From NCBI RefSeq assembly GCF_009914755.1, contig NC_060930.1: DNA of 64,000 bases; one strand, given 5' to 3'. Shown here one piece after another: positions 1 to 17,232 of this stretch (its first letter is position 1; each line of letters opens with the position of its first letter). Origin of the DNA: the human T2T-CHM13v2.0 reference genome, Homo sapiens. A model generated the notes under the pieces. That model saw nothing but the letters and a program-made list of their open reading frames with translations. It was not told the origin of the DNA and did no database searches. The position numbers were made by a program, and so were the translations under genes.

Positions 1-317
<317 letters not shown>

Positions 318-375
318 CTAAAATATCTCTGATCATGTCTCTCTCTTCTGAAAATATTTGCCTCACTTGTTTCAG

Positions 376-480
376 AAAATGGAATCATCAAGACAGATAA
401 AGTATTTGAAGTGATGCTGGCTACAGACCGCTCCCACTATGCAAAATGTAACCCATACATGGATTCTCCACAATCAATAG
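376..480 (+). CDS. PCMT1: PCMT1 exon 2 (105 nt)
   Basis: tttcag|AA AAT GGA...TCA ATA G|gtaagc; translates (K)[34 protein letters not shown](G), matching the recalled PIMT N-terminal region. Confidence 0.98.
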
Positions 481-602
481 GTAAGCTTTAGATTTCTGAA
501 AATATCATAGTTTTCATCATTTACTTTATGATTTTTGGAAGTAGAAAAAGCCTGGGACACAGATATTTATCTATTATTACCTTCTTAATTTGAATTTTAT
601 GA

Positions 603-1032
<430 letters not shown>

Positions 1033-1950
1033 TAAAAAAAAACTTTTAATGAAAACTTACAGTATTAGCCGAGTGCTGAGTTTTCTTTAGGGGCCTTAGT
1101 GTTGACTAAAGATTAGTTTTCAGGTTAGGATTAATTTTTTAAATCAATATTTAAATAAGTGTGCTTAAGTTATTAATGACTTCTCTGCTTTATTTGCCCT
1201 GCTTTTTTGGCTTGTGTTTGTTTTTAGAAAGTCCTGTATTTAACTCCTTCTCCTGAAGCAGGTTTTGCTGAACTGCTGAGCCTTGGCAGTGGGCGCCTTT
1301 GAGGCTTAGAAGTGCCTCAGGATTCTGTCAGTCGGCTGCCATGCTATCTTCTTTTGACGCACTATAACAGTCAGCAGAGAAGATCCTGGGGAGCTTCTGA
1401 ACCCCGAAGGCACCTGCTACCACCGCTCAGTGAAACTTGCTTCAGAGGCAGAAAGAAGCAGGTAAATAAGTTTTGAGAAAGCAACACCACAAGAAAAGAA
1501 ACTAAAAGTTAAGAACCACGAAAAGATTGTGTGAATTAACATTAGATGATAAGATAAAGAATAAAATGAAGTATTTTATTGGTCTTTTAAGCTACTTTTT
1601 CAGTTATTCTAGTTTTTTTTTAAGTTGACAGAAATATGAAGCAATTTAATTTTGCACAGACTTTGTATACCTATTACATATGAAAACTTATTTTTAAAAA
1701 ACAATCTGAAGTAAAAACAAGCCAAAAATATATCAACTCTCAACTTACTGAAATTTTTCTTTTCTTAGCTGACTCTACAGGAGAAGAAATTTTTAGCTGC
1801 CGTACTTTAGAGGGACTGTTTTACTAGATGAGCACGTTACCCTTTGGCATGATTATATTTTCTAATTTTAACTGCTGGGTGACAGTACTCTAATAGAAGT
1901 AAGTTTTATTTTCTTGAGATCATAAAAACTAAAAAAGAATTATTGTGAAA

Positions 1951-2249
<299 letters not shown>

Positions 2250-2351
2250 GAATTATTGTGAAAAATAACGTATGGATGGTAGAAAAGAAATTATGTGAAA
2301 TAGTATATTTTTACAGCTGACTGTATCAGTAGTTCTCTTCTTCTTTTGCAG

Positions 2352-2383
2352 GTTTCCAAGCAACAATCAGTGCTCCACACATG
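2352..2383 (+). CDS. PCMT1: PCMT1 exon 3 (32 nt)
   Basis: ttttgcag|GT TTC CAA GCA ACA ATC AGT GCT CCA CAC ATG|gtaagt = (G)FQATISAPHM; phase matches exon 2. Confidence 0.97.
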
Positions 2384-2545
2384 GTAAGTTAAGTTTGTTC
2401 ACTTGGTTACAAATGGATTACATTTTTCTCTATAATCATTTTCTTTAGTAAAAAAGATTTAAAGAAAGTTGTATCAATTTATCATCTATGAGTTATGTGA
2501 ATTGGTAATGAACATCATTTTCTTTTTTGAACATCTTATTCTTAA

Positions 2546-2877
<332 letters not shown>

Positions 2878-3721
2878 CAGAAGGAGCTTTTTAAGGTAGA
2901 AACTGGCATATTAAAAGATTTTGGTGGTTGTCAGTATCTGTGACATGTAAAAATTGAACATAAAAGGTTATTTAGTAGACAGTTAATTAATGGAGATAAT
3001 ATTTTAAATAGTATAATGGACATTTTATAGAAATCTCAAGTTGAATATTATTTCACATTTTATGTGGAAAATTCATTAGGGAGTGGTTAAGTATAAGAGC
3101 CATTAAGCTGCATAGCTCCTTGAGAAAGACTTACTTTGAGTGATCTAGCAGTTTTAATCTGTTGGGAATTTTCTTGGGTTTTATTTATTTATTTATTTAT
3201 TTTTGAGACAACTTCTTACCTTGTCACCCAGGCTGGAATGCAGTGGTATAATCATCACAGCTCACTGCAGCCTTGACTCCCGGGCTCATGCAGTCCTCCC
3301 ACCTCAGCCTCCTAAAGTGCTAGGATTACAGGCATGAGCCACTGTGCCCAACCTTTTCTTAGGGTTTAAATGTCAGTATTTGAATGAGTACTTTTGTTTT
3401 ATTTTGTAGGAAAGAACAATAGCTTTTCTTTTCTTTTTCTTTTCTTTTTTTTTTTCGAGATGGAGTCTCACACTGTTGCCCAGGCTGGTGTGCAGTGGCA
3501 CGATCTTGGCTTGCTGCAACCTCCGCCTCCTGGGTTCAAGTGATTCTCCTGCCTCAGCCTCCTGAGTAACTAGCATTACAGGTGCCCGCCACCACACTCA
3601 GCTTATGTTTTGTATTTTTAGTAGAGACGGGGCTTCACTATGTTGGCCAGGCTGGTCTTGAACTCCTGACCTTGTGATCCACCCGCCTCAGCCTCCCAAA
3701 GTGCTGGGATTATAGGTGTGA

Positions 3722-3922
<201 letters not shown>

Positions 3923-5071
3923 TGAGACGGACTCTCACCTGTGGCCCAGGCTGGAGTGCAGTGGCGCCATCTTGGCTCACTGCAAGCTCCGCCTCCTGGG
4001 TTCACGCCATTCTCCTGCCTCAGCCTCCTGAGTAGCTGGGACTACAGGTGCCCGCCACCATGCCCTGCTAGTTTTTTGTATTTTTTAGTAGAGACGGGGT
4101 TTCACCATGTTAGCCAGGATGGTCTCGATCTCGTGACCTTGTGATCCGCCCGCCTCGGCCTCCCAAAGTGCTGGGATTACAGGCGTGAGCCACCCCACCC
4201 AGCCTTAACTTTTTGTATTTTTAATAGAGACAGGGTTTCACCTTGTTGGCCAGGCTGGTTTTGAACTCCTGACCTCAGGTGATCCACTCGCCTTTGCCTC
4301 CCAAAATGCTGGGATTATAGGCATGAGCCACTGCGCCTGGCCAGAACAATAACTTTTCTGATTCTCTGCAAGTATTTGGGGTTGGAGAAGCTCTTATTTA
4401 AACTTAATACTAAAATAAATTCTATATGTATTTATAGCAAATTGATAATTATCCTAGAAGAAAAAAGCAGACATTTATAAAAATTGAATAGTAATGTCTT
4501 TTTGAAACATGACAGAAAACACAGAAGCCATTAAAAAAACCTGATACATTTTGAAACTTACATATCTAGGATTTTTGCGGAGAAAAAATGTTATAAGCAA
4601 AAATTAAAGAGGAAAAATTGGCTGTGTGTGGTGGCTCACACCTGTGTAATCTCAACACTTTGGGAGGCCGAGGCAGGAATATCGCTAGAAGCCAGGAGTT
4701 TGAGACCAGCCTGGGCAACAAAGCAAGACTCTGTCTCTACAAAAAATTTTAAAAATTAGTTGGGTGTGGTGGCAATGTTCCTGTAGTCCCAGCTACAAGG
4801 GAGGCCAAGGCAGAAGGATTGTCTGAGTCCAGGAATTTGAGGCTGCAGTGAGCCATGATTGTGCTACTGCACTCCAGCCTGGTTGACAGAGACCCTCATC
4901 TCAATAATAATAATTAACGATTGAGGGAAATATTGTAATACATATGACAGCAAGGGAAAATTTCAATATGTAGACATGTATGCATACATTTGTGTTTGTG
5001 TGTATCCTGTTAATAAGTGAAAGACCGGTAAGCCCAAAAGAAAATGTGTAAAGGACAGGATTGATAGTTCA

Positions 5072-5380
<309 letters not shown>

Positions 5381-5576
5381 TCATTGAACAGAAATACAAA
5401 TGACATTGACATTTAAACAAATGAAAAGATGTCATCTTCACGTATTTAAATTTTTTTTTTTTTGAGGCAGAGTCTTGCTCTGTTGCCCAGGCTGGAGTGC
5501 AGTGGCATGATCTCGGCTCACTGCAAGCTGTGCCTCCTGGGTTCTCGCCATTCTCCTGCCTTAGCCTCCCGAGTAG

Positions 5577-5696
<120 letters not shown>

Positions 5697-6383
5697 TAGC
5701 TGGGATTACAGGTGTGCACTACCATGCCCGGCTAATTTTTGTATTTTTAGTAGAGATGGGGTTTCGCCATGTTGGCCAGGCTTGTCTCCTGACCTGACCT
5801 CCTGACCTCAAGTGATCTCCTGACCTCAAGTGATCCACCCGCCTTGGCCTCCCAGAGTGCTGGGATTACAGGTGTGAGCCACTGTGCCTGGCCATTAAAA
5901 TTTTTTTTTGTAGAGACAGGGCCTCACTTTGTTACCCCAGGTTGGTCGTGAACTCCTGGGCTCTAGTGATCCTCTTGCTTTGGCCTTCTAAAATGTTAGA
6001 TTACAGGCATAAGCCACCATGCCCAGCCTCATCTTCACTTATACTTAGTAAATTGCAAATTAGCACTATAATGAGGTACCAGTTTTCACCTATCAGATTG
6101 TTAGAGATTAAAAAATTTGATACTTTGTATTGGAAATGGAAAACTGGCAGTCACATACTTTTTTTGTGTGGGAGAGTACATTGAATGTTTTTGGAAGACA
6201 ATTTGGCAGTATCTATCGAAATGTGAAATAAATATAACTTAGATTTCCCAGTTTTATTTCAAGATATTTATCCCATAATATATACATGAGTGCAGAGTGA
6301 CTTAAGTTATTTATTGACGTCTTATTTATTATAATTACAAAAAGCAATGTCCACAAATGGTGGATGGTTAATAAATTACAGTA

Positions 6384-6748
6384 CAGATGCTCCTTGACTT
6401 ACATGGGGGTATGTCCTGGTAAACCCATCATAAGTTGAAAATACTGTAACTCTAAAATGCATTTAATATACTTAGCCTACCAAACTTCATAGCTTAGCCT
6501 TGCCTACCTTAAATGTGCTCAGAACACTTACGTTAGCCTACAGTTGGGCAAAATCAACTAACACAAAGTCTGTTTTATAATAAAATGGTGAATATCACAT
6601 GTAATTTATTGAATATTGTACTGAAAGTGGAAAATAGAATGCATGTATGGGTACTTGAAGTACAATTTGTACAGAACGTGTATAATTTTTACATCATCGT
6701 AAAGTCGAGAAATCATATGTTGAACCACTGTTAAGTCAGGGACCATCT
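6384..6748. mobile_element. MER47A/Tigger5-type non-autonomous Tc1/mariner element
   Basis: TIRs CAGATGCTCCTTGACTTA... and ...TAAGTCAGGGACCATCT with TA flanks; internal sequence matches the recalled MER47 consensus. Confidence 0.8.
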
Positions 6749-7084
6749 TAACCTCCATGTTGTGGAGTATTGTGAAACTGTTAAATGAAAAGAACTCTGC
6801 AAGTACAAATATGACAAAGTCTTCAAGAAATGCAGTATAATACTTACAGGTGGTTTTTTGGGTGGGAAAAATAAGAATGAAATAGTATAAAAGTTGAGTC
6901 CCAAAGGGTATTTAGAATATTCTGTAATGTATGAAAATCACATATGCACACATACATGCACACATATGTTTTTCTTTGGGAATGAAAACTAAAAATAATT
7001 TCTTCTAAGATAGGAATTAGCTTATTTAGGATATATGGGTGGAATTGAGATCTGATTTTCACTCTGTGTCCTTGATCTGTTATC

Positions 7085-7521
<437 letters not shown>

Positions 7522-7672
7522 TAATTTTTTTTAACATTTTAATTTTTTATTATTATTATTTTTGAGATGGAGTCTCTCTCTGTCGCCCAGGCTGGAGTGC
7601 AGTGGCACAGTCTCAGCTTAGTGAAACTTTTGCCTCCCAGGTTCAAGCAGTTCTCCTGCTTCAGCCTCCTGA

Positions 7673-8022
<350 letters not shown>

Positions 8023-8273
8023 TAAAAACATTTTCTGTAGAGATGAGGACTCACTGTGTTGCCCAAGCTAGTTCTGAACCCTGGAGCTCAAGCGATCCTC
8101 CCACCTCAGCCTCCCAAAGTGTTAGCATTACAGGTGTGAGCCACTGGGCCGGGCTTTCTTTTTTCTTTAAACCATAGATTAGGAATGACTTTTTTGTATA
8201 TTACCTATTCAATAAGTGATTAACAAGAAAAGTTATAGTCTTAAGATAATCTGCAAACAGTTTGAACTACTAC

Positions 8274-8799
8274 TGAAGGGGGAATTAATGAATTTTATAA
8301 GTATAATGGTAGAAAAATTTATTCTTTTTCTTGAAGGTAGAACGTAATATAGCCCCACCCCACCCCCCCACTCTGGTGCGGGGCCCGGGTTGAGAGAGAA
8401 TATTAACTGCTTATCCCTCCTCTATGCGCAGAGAGGCTTATCTGTGTTCCATCGTTTTACATTCCTTGAGGCACAGCGAGTTCTTGCTTCCCTCCCTAGC
8501 TCGGCTGTAAAGTCACAAAGTTGATAAGCAATTGCTACAAAAGCATGTATTCCCAAGGAGTATGGTGTAACAAATGTAAAAGAGTAATTAACTGCCTTTG
8601 ATTTCGCTTCTGCAAGTACCCTTCCTGCAGCACGTAACTCCCTAACTCCCGCCACAAACTGCTTAAAAGGTGATTGATCCCTTTGTTCAGGGATCAGACT
8701 TTCTGGACCCTAGTCCGACTGCGCCAGTGATCACCTTAATAATTAGACACTCTCCTGAACTGTGCTCAGTCTCTCCCGTCTCTGATTTGTCCCACAACA
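8274..8799 (+). mobile_element. Solo LTR, ERV1 class (family not assigned)
   Basis: TG...CA termini, 526 bp, 4-bp TSD CTAC (8270-8273 and 8800-8803), U5-like 3' end ...ttgtcccacaaca; orientation inferred. Confidence 0.8.
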
Positions 8800-8802
8800 C
8801 TA

Positions 8803-9009
<207 letters not shown>

Positions 9010-9339
9010 TCAGGAGCCTGAGACAAGAGAATCACTTGGACCTGGGGAGGGTGCAGGTTGCAGTGAGCCAAGATCGCACCACTTCACTCCAGCCTGGGCA
9101 AAAGATCAAAACTCTGACTCAAAAAAAAAAAAGAAGTATGAATGCTAAAAGTCATTTTGGAGAACCAGTATCTAGCATGGTTGGGAAATTGACTGGAGTG
9201 GTATGCTTTCAGGTATTAAGGGAAATACTTTGTGATTTTTTTCTTTCCCCTGAAGTTTGGTCTGGGTGTCCAGTTCATTGCTGAACAAAGCATAGCAGTT
9301 ACTTCATGGCAAAAGATGCATTTTAAAACAACAATACAA

Positions 9340-11345
<2,006 letters not shown>

Positions 11346-12407
11346 ATGTCAGAATTTTCTCCCAAAGCTGATGCATTTTTAATTACTTATATTTTCTGAG
11401 CCATCTATGACTGTTAATAAGGAAAACTTGTGTATCTATGTATGTATATAGTCACATGAAACATCTATATGAATGTTTGTATATATGCACATAACAGTAA
11501 GCATACAGTGCAAGATGTGAATAGGGTAAAATATTTTTAATTGTATTATATGAATAAGTAGTTGTGATCTTGAATCATTTATTGCATAAATCTTAGCAGT
11601 ATTATAAGACAAGCAGAAAGTGAGGATGCAAAGAGAAATGACATCTACATCTAATGAACCTTAAAATCACAAGCTTGGAATTAACTATAATCCTGGAATA
11701 TTTTCCAAACCTGTAAAGAAAAATGTGATGCGTGCAGTGGTGAAGAGATTAAAGGCAATCTGTTAAAATGGTATCCTGGTAGCAGTGAGCACACCTGGCA
11801 TCCAGGTTTGGGATCCTAAATACCACTGCTTACTAAAAGAGTCAAGTGCTCCTTGGAGTAGTGACTGACATCTGTCAAGTGAGGAAGTACTCAAAGGCTG
11901 AGGAGGTAATGTCAGAAGGACATACGAGCAGATTTGAAGAGGCTCCCAAAGGCCAAATTGGAGAGAATTTGAGAATCAACAAGAATAATGATGGTAACAG
12001 ATTATAGCACAGTGAATTGAAAAACAAAAATTTGTGAGTCTATGGAGACTTAAAAAAAAACAAAAAGAGCAAGACAGGGAAAAAAGCGAAAATGATTTTT
12101 TTCAGAAAAACAGAAGAATGTTAATGAATAAATGTGGAAGGAATAATGAAATTTTAAAAATCAGTATTTTGGCTGGGTGCAGTGGCTGATGCCTGTAATC
12201 TCAGCACTTCAGGAGGCCGAGCGGGCAGATCCCTTGAGCCCAGGAGTTCAAGACCACCCTGGGCAACAAAGCAAGACCCTGACTCTACAAAAATAAAAAT
12301 AAAGATCACTATTTTGTTATCATCAATGTAATGAATTAGGCAAAGATTATTAATGAATCTAAAACCATTAGGAGGAAGATTGTTGGAGAACAAAAATACT
12401 CATGTAG

Positions 12408-12632
<225 letters not shown>

Positions 12633-14654
12633 TAGCCAGCCTGGTCTCGAACTCTTGACCTCGTGATCTGCCCACCTCAGCCTCCCAAAGTGCTGGGATA
12701 AGAGGCATAAGCCACCGCACCCGTCCCACATGTTATTAATTATAAAGAAAAAAATATGCCTTGAAAGTAGAGTGATCTATTGGTGACCACATTTACTGAG
12801 TGGTTGAGGTTGACATGTCCGGTGGTGTGGTGGTCCAATATTATATACGTCTTAATGTGATGCTCTTAGGGAGTTGCATAGCAAGACTTGCGTGTGTTCT
12901 TGCTAGACGTCTTTGATCTGAATCTAACCCTGAGGAAGCAGAGACATCTAGAATGTGGTGCATTATGTGTGGGACAACTGGACAGGACTCTTTTTTTTTC
13001 TCCCCCCTGAGACAGGGTCTTGCTCTGTTGCCCAGGCTGGAGTGCAAAGATCATAGCTCACTATAACCTCAAGCTCTTCAGCTCCAGTGATCTTCCTGCC
13101 TCTGCCTCCCAAGGAGCTGGGACTATAGGCATGTGCCATGACCCACACTCAGATAATTTTTAACTTTTTTGTAGACATACGGTCTCAACTGTGTTGTCCA
13201 GGCTTATTTCAAACTCCTGGTCTCAAGTTATCCTTCCACTTTGGCCTTTCAAAGCACTCGGATTATAGGTATAAGTCACCATGCCTTGCCAGGACTCCTT
13301 AAATGAGTCAGTGTCCTGAAGAACAGAGCAAAGTGGTAGGTGGAGGGAGATAATTGGGGGAACATTCTAGATTGGCAAATGTAATGCATGAACCTTGAAT
13401 ATATTGGGGGAAAAAACAGCCATTTAACACATATTTGTGTGTTACCCCTAAAAGGGTTCTGTGGAACATTAAGGACTTTCTGGTTTGAAAGTTTGAAATG
13501 TCTTGGATTATGTGAGGCTGTATCTATTCAAGGCCTTCTCTCCATATATAAGTTGGGGGAAAAGATAGCTTTAACTTTTTAAAAATTCTTTTTTTAAGCT
13601 CCCAAGTGCTTGGAAACCTTAGCTTTAAATAAAAACACAACTTCTTATTATGGAAAATTATGGAAGAGTTCCAGTACCATATATACAAATAAAATAGTAT
13701 AATGAACCTATAAATCACCCAGCTTTAATAATGACCAACAATTTACTAATCTTGTTTTATTTAACTCTCTCTTTTTTTTTTTTTGAGGCAGAGTCATGCT
13801 CTGTGGCCCAGGCTGGAATGTAGTAGCGCAATCTCAGCTCACTGCGGCCTGCTGGGCTCAAATCATCCTCTCACCTCAGCCTCTCGAGTAGCTGGGACTA
13901 CAGGTGTGCACCACCACATCCACCTCATTTTTGTATTTTTGTAGAGATGGGGTATCGCTGTGTTGCCCAGGCTGGTCTTGAACTCCTGAACTTAAGCAAT
14001 CCACCCACCTCGGCCTCCCAAAGACTGGGATTACAGGCTATGAACCACTGCTCCTAGTGTAACTCTCTCTTTTGCTGAAGTATTTTAAAGCAAATCCCAA
14101 ACATACATAATATTATTTCATCCCTGGATACGTTATTATAAATCTCAATGACTTTAAACATAAACTACAATGTCATTATCATACCTAACAATGTTTCTTA
14201 ATATCTTATGTCTACTCCACGTTCAAAGTTTGCCAGGTGCTTAAAAATTTTTATAGTTAATTCGCTTAAATCAGTATCCACACAGAGTCTATACATTGCA
14301 TATTTTTGGTCTTGTTTCAGTTTTTTAAAGTATCTTTTAATTTTTAAAGAAAGACCCCTTTCTTTTTTTAAATGCCATTTGTTTATTGACTAAAGTAGTT
14401 CATTTGTTATATAGAATTTCCCATATTCTGAATTTGGTTAATTGTTTCCTAGTGGTGGTTGACTTATTCTTAAAACTTTTTTTTTCAGGAACACTTCCTA
14501 ATGGTCCTTCCTGTTGCATCATATCAGGAGGTCCATAACGTCTGGTCATCATCCACTTTTAGTGATTGGAATAAGTAGTTGTTAATTTTTTTTTAATTGT
14601 TCCATGGAATAGGGCATTTTCGTTCTATCTTTCTCTTTGGCATTGGCTGTTTTC

Positions 14655-16719
14655 TTTTTTTTTTTTTTTAATTTAAATGTGGTATGTTTATTCAGTTCTT
14701 TTTTTTTATTTTTATTTTTTTTTATTGATTATTCTTGGGTGTTTCTCGCAGAGGGGGATTTGGCAGGGTCATAGGACAATAGTGGAGGGAAGGTCAGCAG
14801 ATAAACAAGTGAACAAAGGTCTCTGGTTTTCCTAGGCAGAGGACCCTGAGGCCTTCCGCAGTGTTTGTGTCCCTGGGTACTTGAGATTAGGGAGTGGTGA
14901 TGACTCTTAACGAGCACGCTGCCTTCAAGCATCTGTTTAACAAAGCACATCTTGCACCGCCCTTAATCCATTTAACCCTGAGTGGACACAGCACTTGTTT
15001 CAGAGAGCACAGGGTTGGGGGTAAGGTCACAGATCAACAGGATCCCAAGGCAGAAGAATTTTTCTTAGTACAGAACAAAATGAAAAGTCTCCCATGTCTA
15101 CTTCTTTCTACACAGACACGGCAACCATCCGATTTCTCAATCTCTTCCCCACCTTTCCCCCCTTTCTATTCCACAAAGCCGCCATTGTCATCCTGGCCCG
15201 TTCTCAATGAGCTGTTGGGCACACCTCCCAGACGGGGTGGTGGCCGGGCAGAGGGGCTCCTCACTTCCCAGTAGGGGCGGCCGGGCAGAGGCGCCCCTCA
15301 CCTCCCGGACGGGGCGGCTGGCCGGGCGGGGGGCTGACCCCCCCACCTCCCTCCCGGACGGGGTGGCTAGCCGGGCAGAGGAGCTCCTCCTTCCCAGTAG
15401 GGGCGGCCAGGAAGAGGCGCCCCTCACCTCCCGGACGGGGCGGCTGGCCGGGTGGGGGGCTGACCCCCCCCACCTCCCTCCCAGACGGGGCGGCTGGCCG
15501 GGCGGGGGTGCTGACCCCCCCACCTCCCTCCCGGACGGGACGGGGCGGCTGGCCGGGCGGGTGTGCTGACCCCCCCACCTCCCTCCCGGACGGGACGGGG
15601 CGGCTGGCCGGGCGGGGGTGCTGACCCCCCCCACCTCCCTCCCGGACGGGGCGGCTGGCCGGGCGGGGGGCTGACCCCCCCACCTCCCTCCCGGACGGGG
15701 CGGCTGGCCGGGCGGGGAGCTGACCCCCCCACCTCCCTCCCGGACGGGGCGGCTGGCCGGGCGGGGGGCTGACCCCCCCACCTCCCTCCCGGACGGGGCG
15801 GCTGGCCGGGCGGGGGCTGACCCCCCACCTCCCTCCTGGACGGGGTGGCTGCCGGGCGGAGACGCTCCTCACTTCCCAGACGGGGTGGCTGCCAGGCGGA
15901 GGGGCTCCTCACTTCTCAGACGGGGCGGCTGCCGGGCGGAGGGGCTCCTCACTTCTCAGATGGGGCGGCCGGGCAGAGACGCTCCTCACCTCCCAGACGG
16001 GGTCGCGGCCGGGCAGAGACGCTCCTTACCTCCCAGACGGGGTCGCGGCTGGGCAGAGGCGCTCCTCACATCCCAGACGGGGCGGCGGGGCAGAGGCGCT
16101 CCCCACATCTCAGACGATGGGCGGCTGAGCAGAGACGCTCATCACTTCCTAGATGGGATGGTGGCCGGAAAGAGGCGCTCCTCACTTCCTAGATGGGATG
16201 GCGGCTGGGCAGAGACGCTCCTCATATCCCAGACGGGGTGGCGGCCGGGCAGAGGCTGCAATCTCGGCACTTTGGGAGGCCAAGGCAGGCGGCTGGGAGG
16301 TAGAGGTTGTAGCTAGCCGAGATCACGCCACTGCACTCCAGCCTGGGCACCATTGAGCACTGAGTGAACGAGACTCTGTCTGCAATCCTGGCACCTCGGG
16401 AGGCCGAGGCTGGTGGATCACTCCGGTTAGGAGCTGGAGACCAGCCCGGCCAACACAGCGAAACCCCGTCTCCACCAAAAAAATACGAAAACCAGTCAGG
16501 TGTGGTGGCGCGCGCCTGCAATCGCAGGCACTCGGCAGGCTGAGGCAGGAGAATCAGGCAGGGAGATTGCAGTGAGTTGAGATGGCAGCAGTACAGTCCA
16601 GCTTCGGCTCGGCATCAGAGGGAGACCGTGGAAAGAGAGGGAGACCGTGGGGAGAGGGAGACCGTGGGGAGAGGGAGACCGTGGGGAGAGGGAGAGGGAG
16701 AGGGAGCGGGAGCGGGAGC
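14655..16719 (-). mobile_element. Full-length SVA retrotransposon (probably SVA_D), antisense in PCMT1 intron 3, with 3' transduction
   Basis: On the minus strand: (CCCTCT)n/CCCGCT hexamers (about 16620-16718), Alu-like domain (about 16250-16620), GC-rich VNTR (about 15230-16250), SINE-R (about 14721-15230), poly(A). TSD TGGCTGTTTTC at 14644-14654 and 16720-16730. Subfamily is from recall. Confidence 0.96.
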
Positions 16720-16738
16720 TGGCTGTTTTCATTGATAA

Positions 16739-16873
<135 letters not shown>

Positions 16874-17203
16874 TAGCTGGGATTACAGCCGCCACCACGC
16901 CCGGCTAATTTTTTGTATTTTTAGCAGAGACAGGGTTTCATCATGTTGGGCAGGCTGGTCTTGAACTCCTGACCTTAGGTCATCTGCCCGCCTCAGCCTC
17001 TCAAAGTGCTGGGATTACAGGTGTGAGCCACCATGCCCGGCCCAAATGTTTTTAAATCTTTGACATAATTTCTGACTTACAGAAATATTATGCAGATAGT
17101 ACAGTTCCTGTGTACTTTTGTCCACACAGTCTTACCATTGGTAAAGCAAATCTCACCATTTGCTTTATCATTTATTCTCTCTCCCTTTATCCCCTCTCTC
17201 CTC

Positions 17204-17232
17204 TGTGTGTGTGTGTGTGTGTATGTGTGTGT
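17204..17232. repeat. (TG)n microsatellite
   Basis: tgtgtgtgtgtgtgtgtgtatgtgtgtgt. Confidence 0.85.

Noticed and set aside
1254-1271. UGA at the stem base as a selenocysteine or readthrough signal
   Set aside because: A second in-frame TGA follows at 1269-1271 and no SECIS core is evident
1372-1785. METTL16-like motifs (AGCAGAGAA in the hairpin; TACAGGAGAA at the 1780 acceptor), suggesting SAM sensing as in MAT2A
   Set aside because: Neither matches UACAGARAA, and neither is shown to sit in a MAT2A-type loop; attractive but unsupported
15230-16250. Regular repeat array superficially like a CRISPR array or a CpG-island promoter
   Set aside because: No unique spacers; it is the SVA VNTR in eukaryotic DNA
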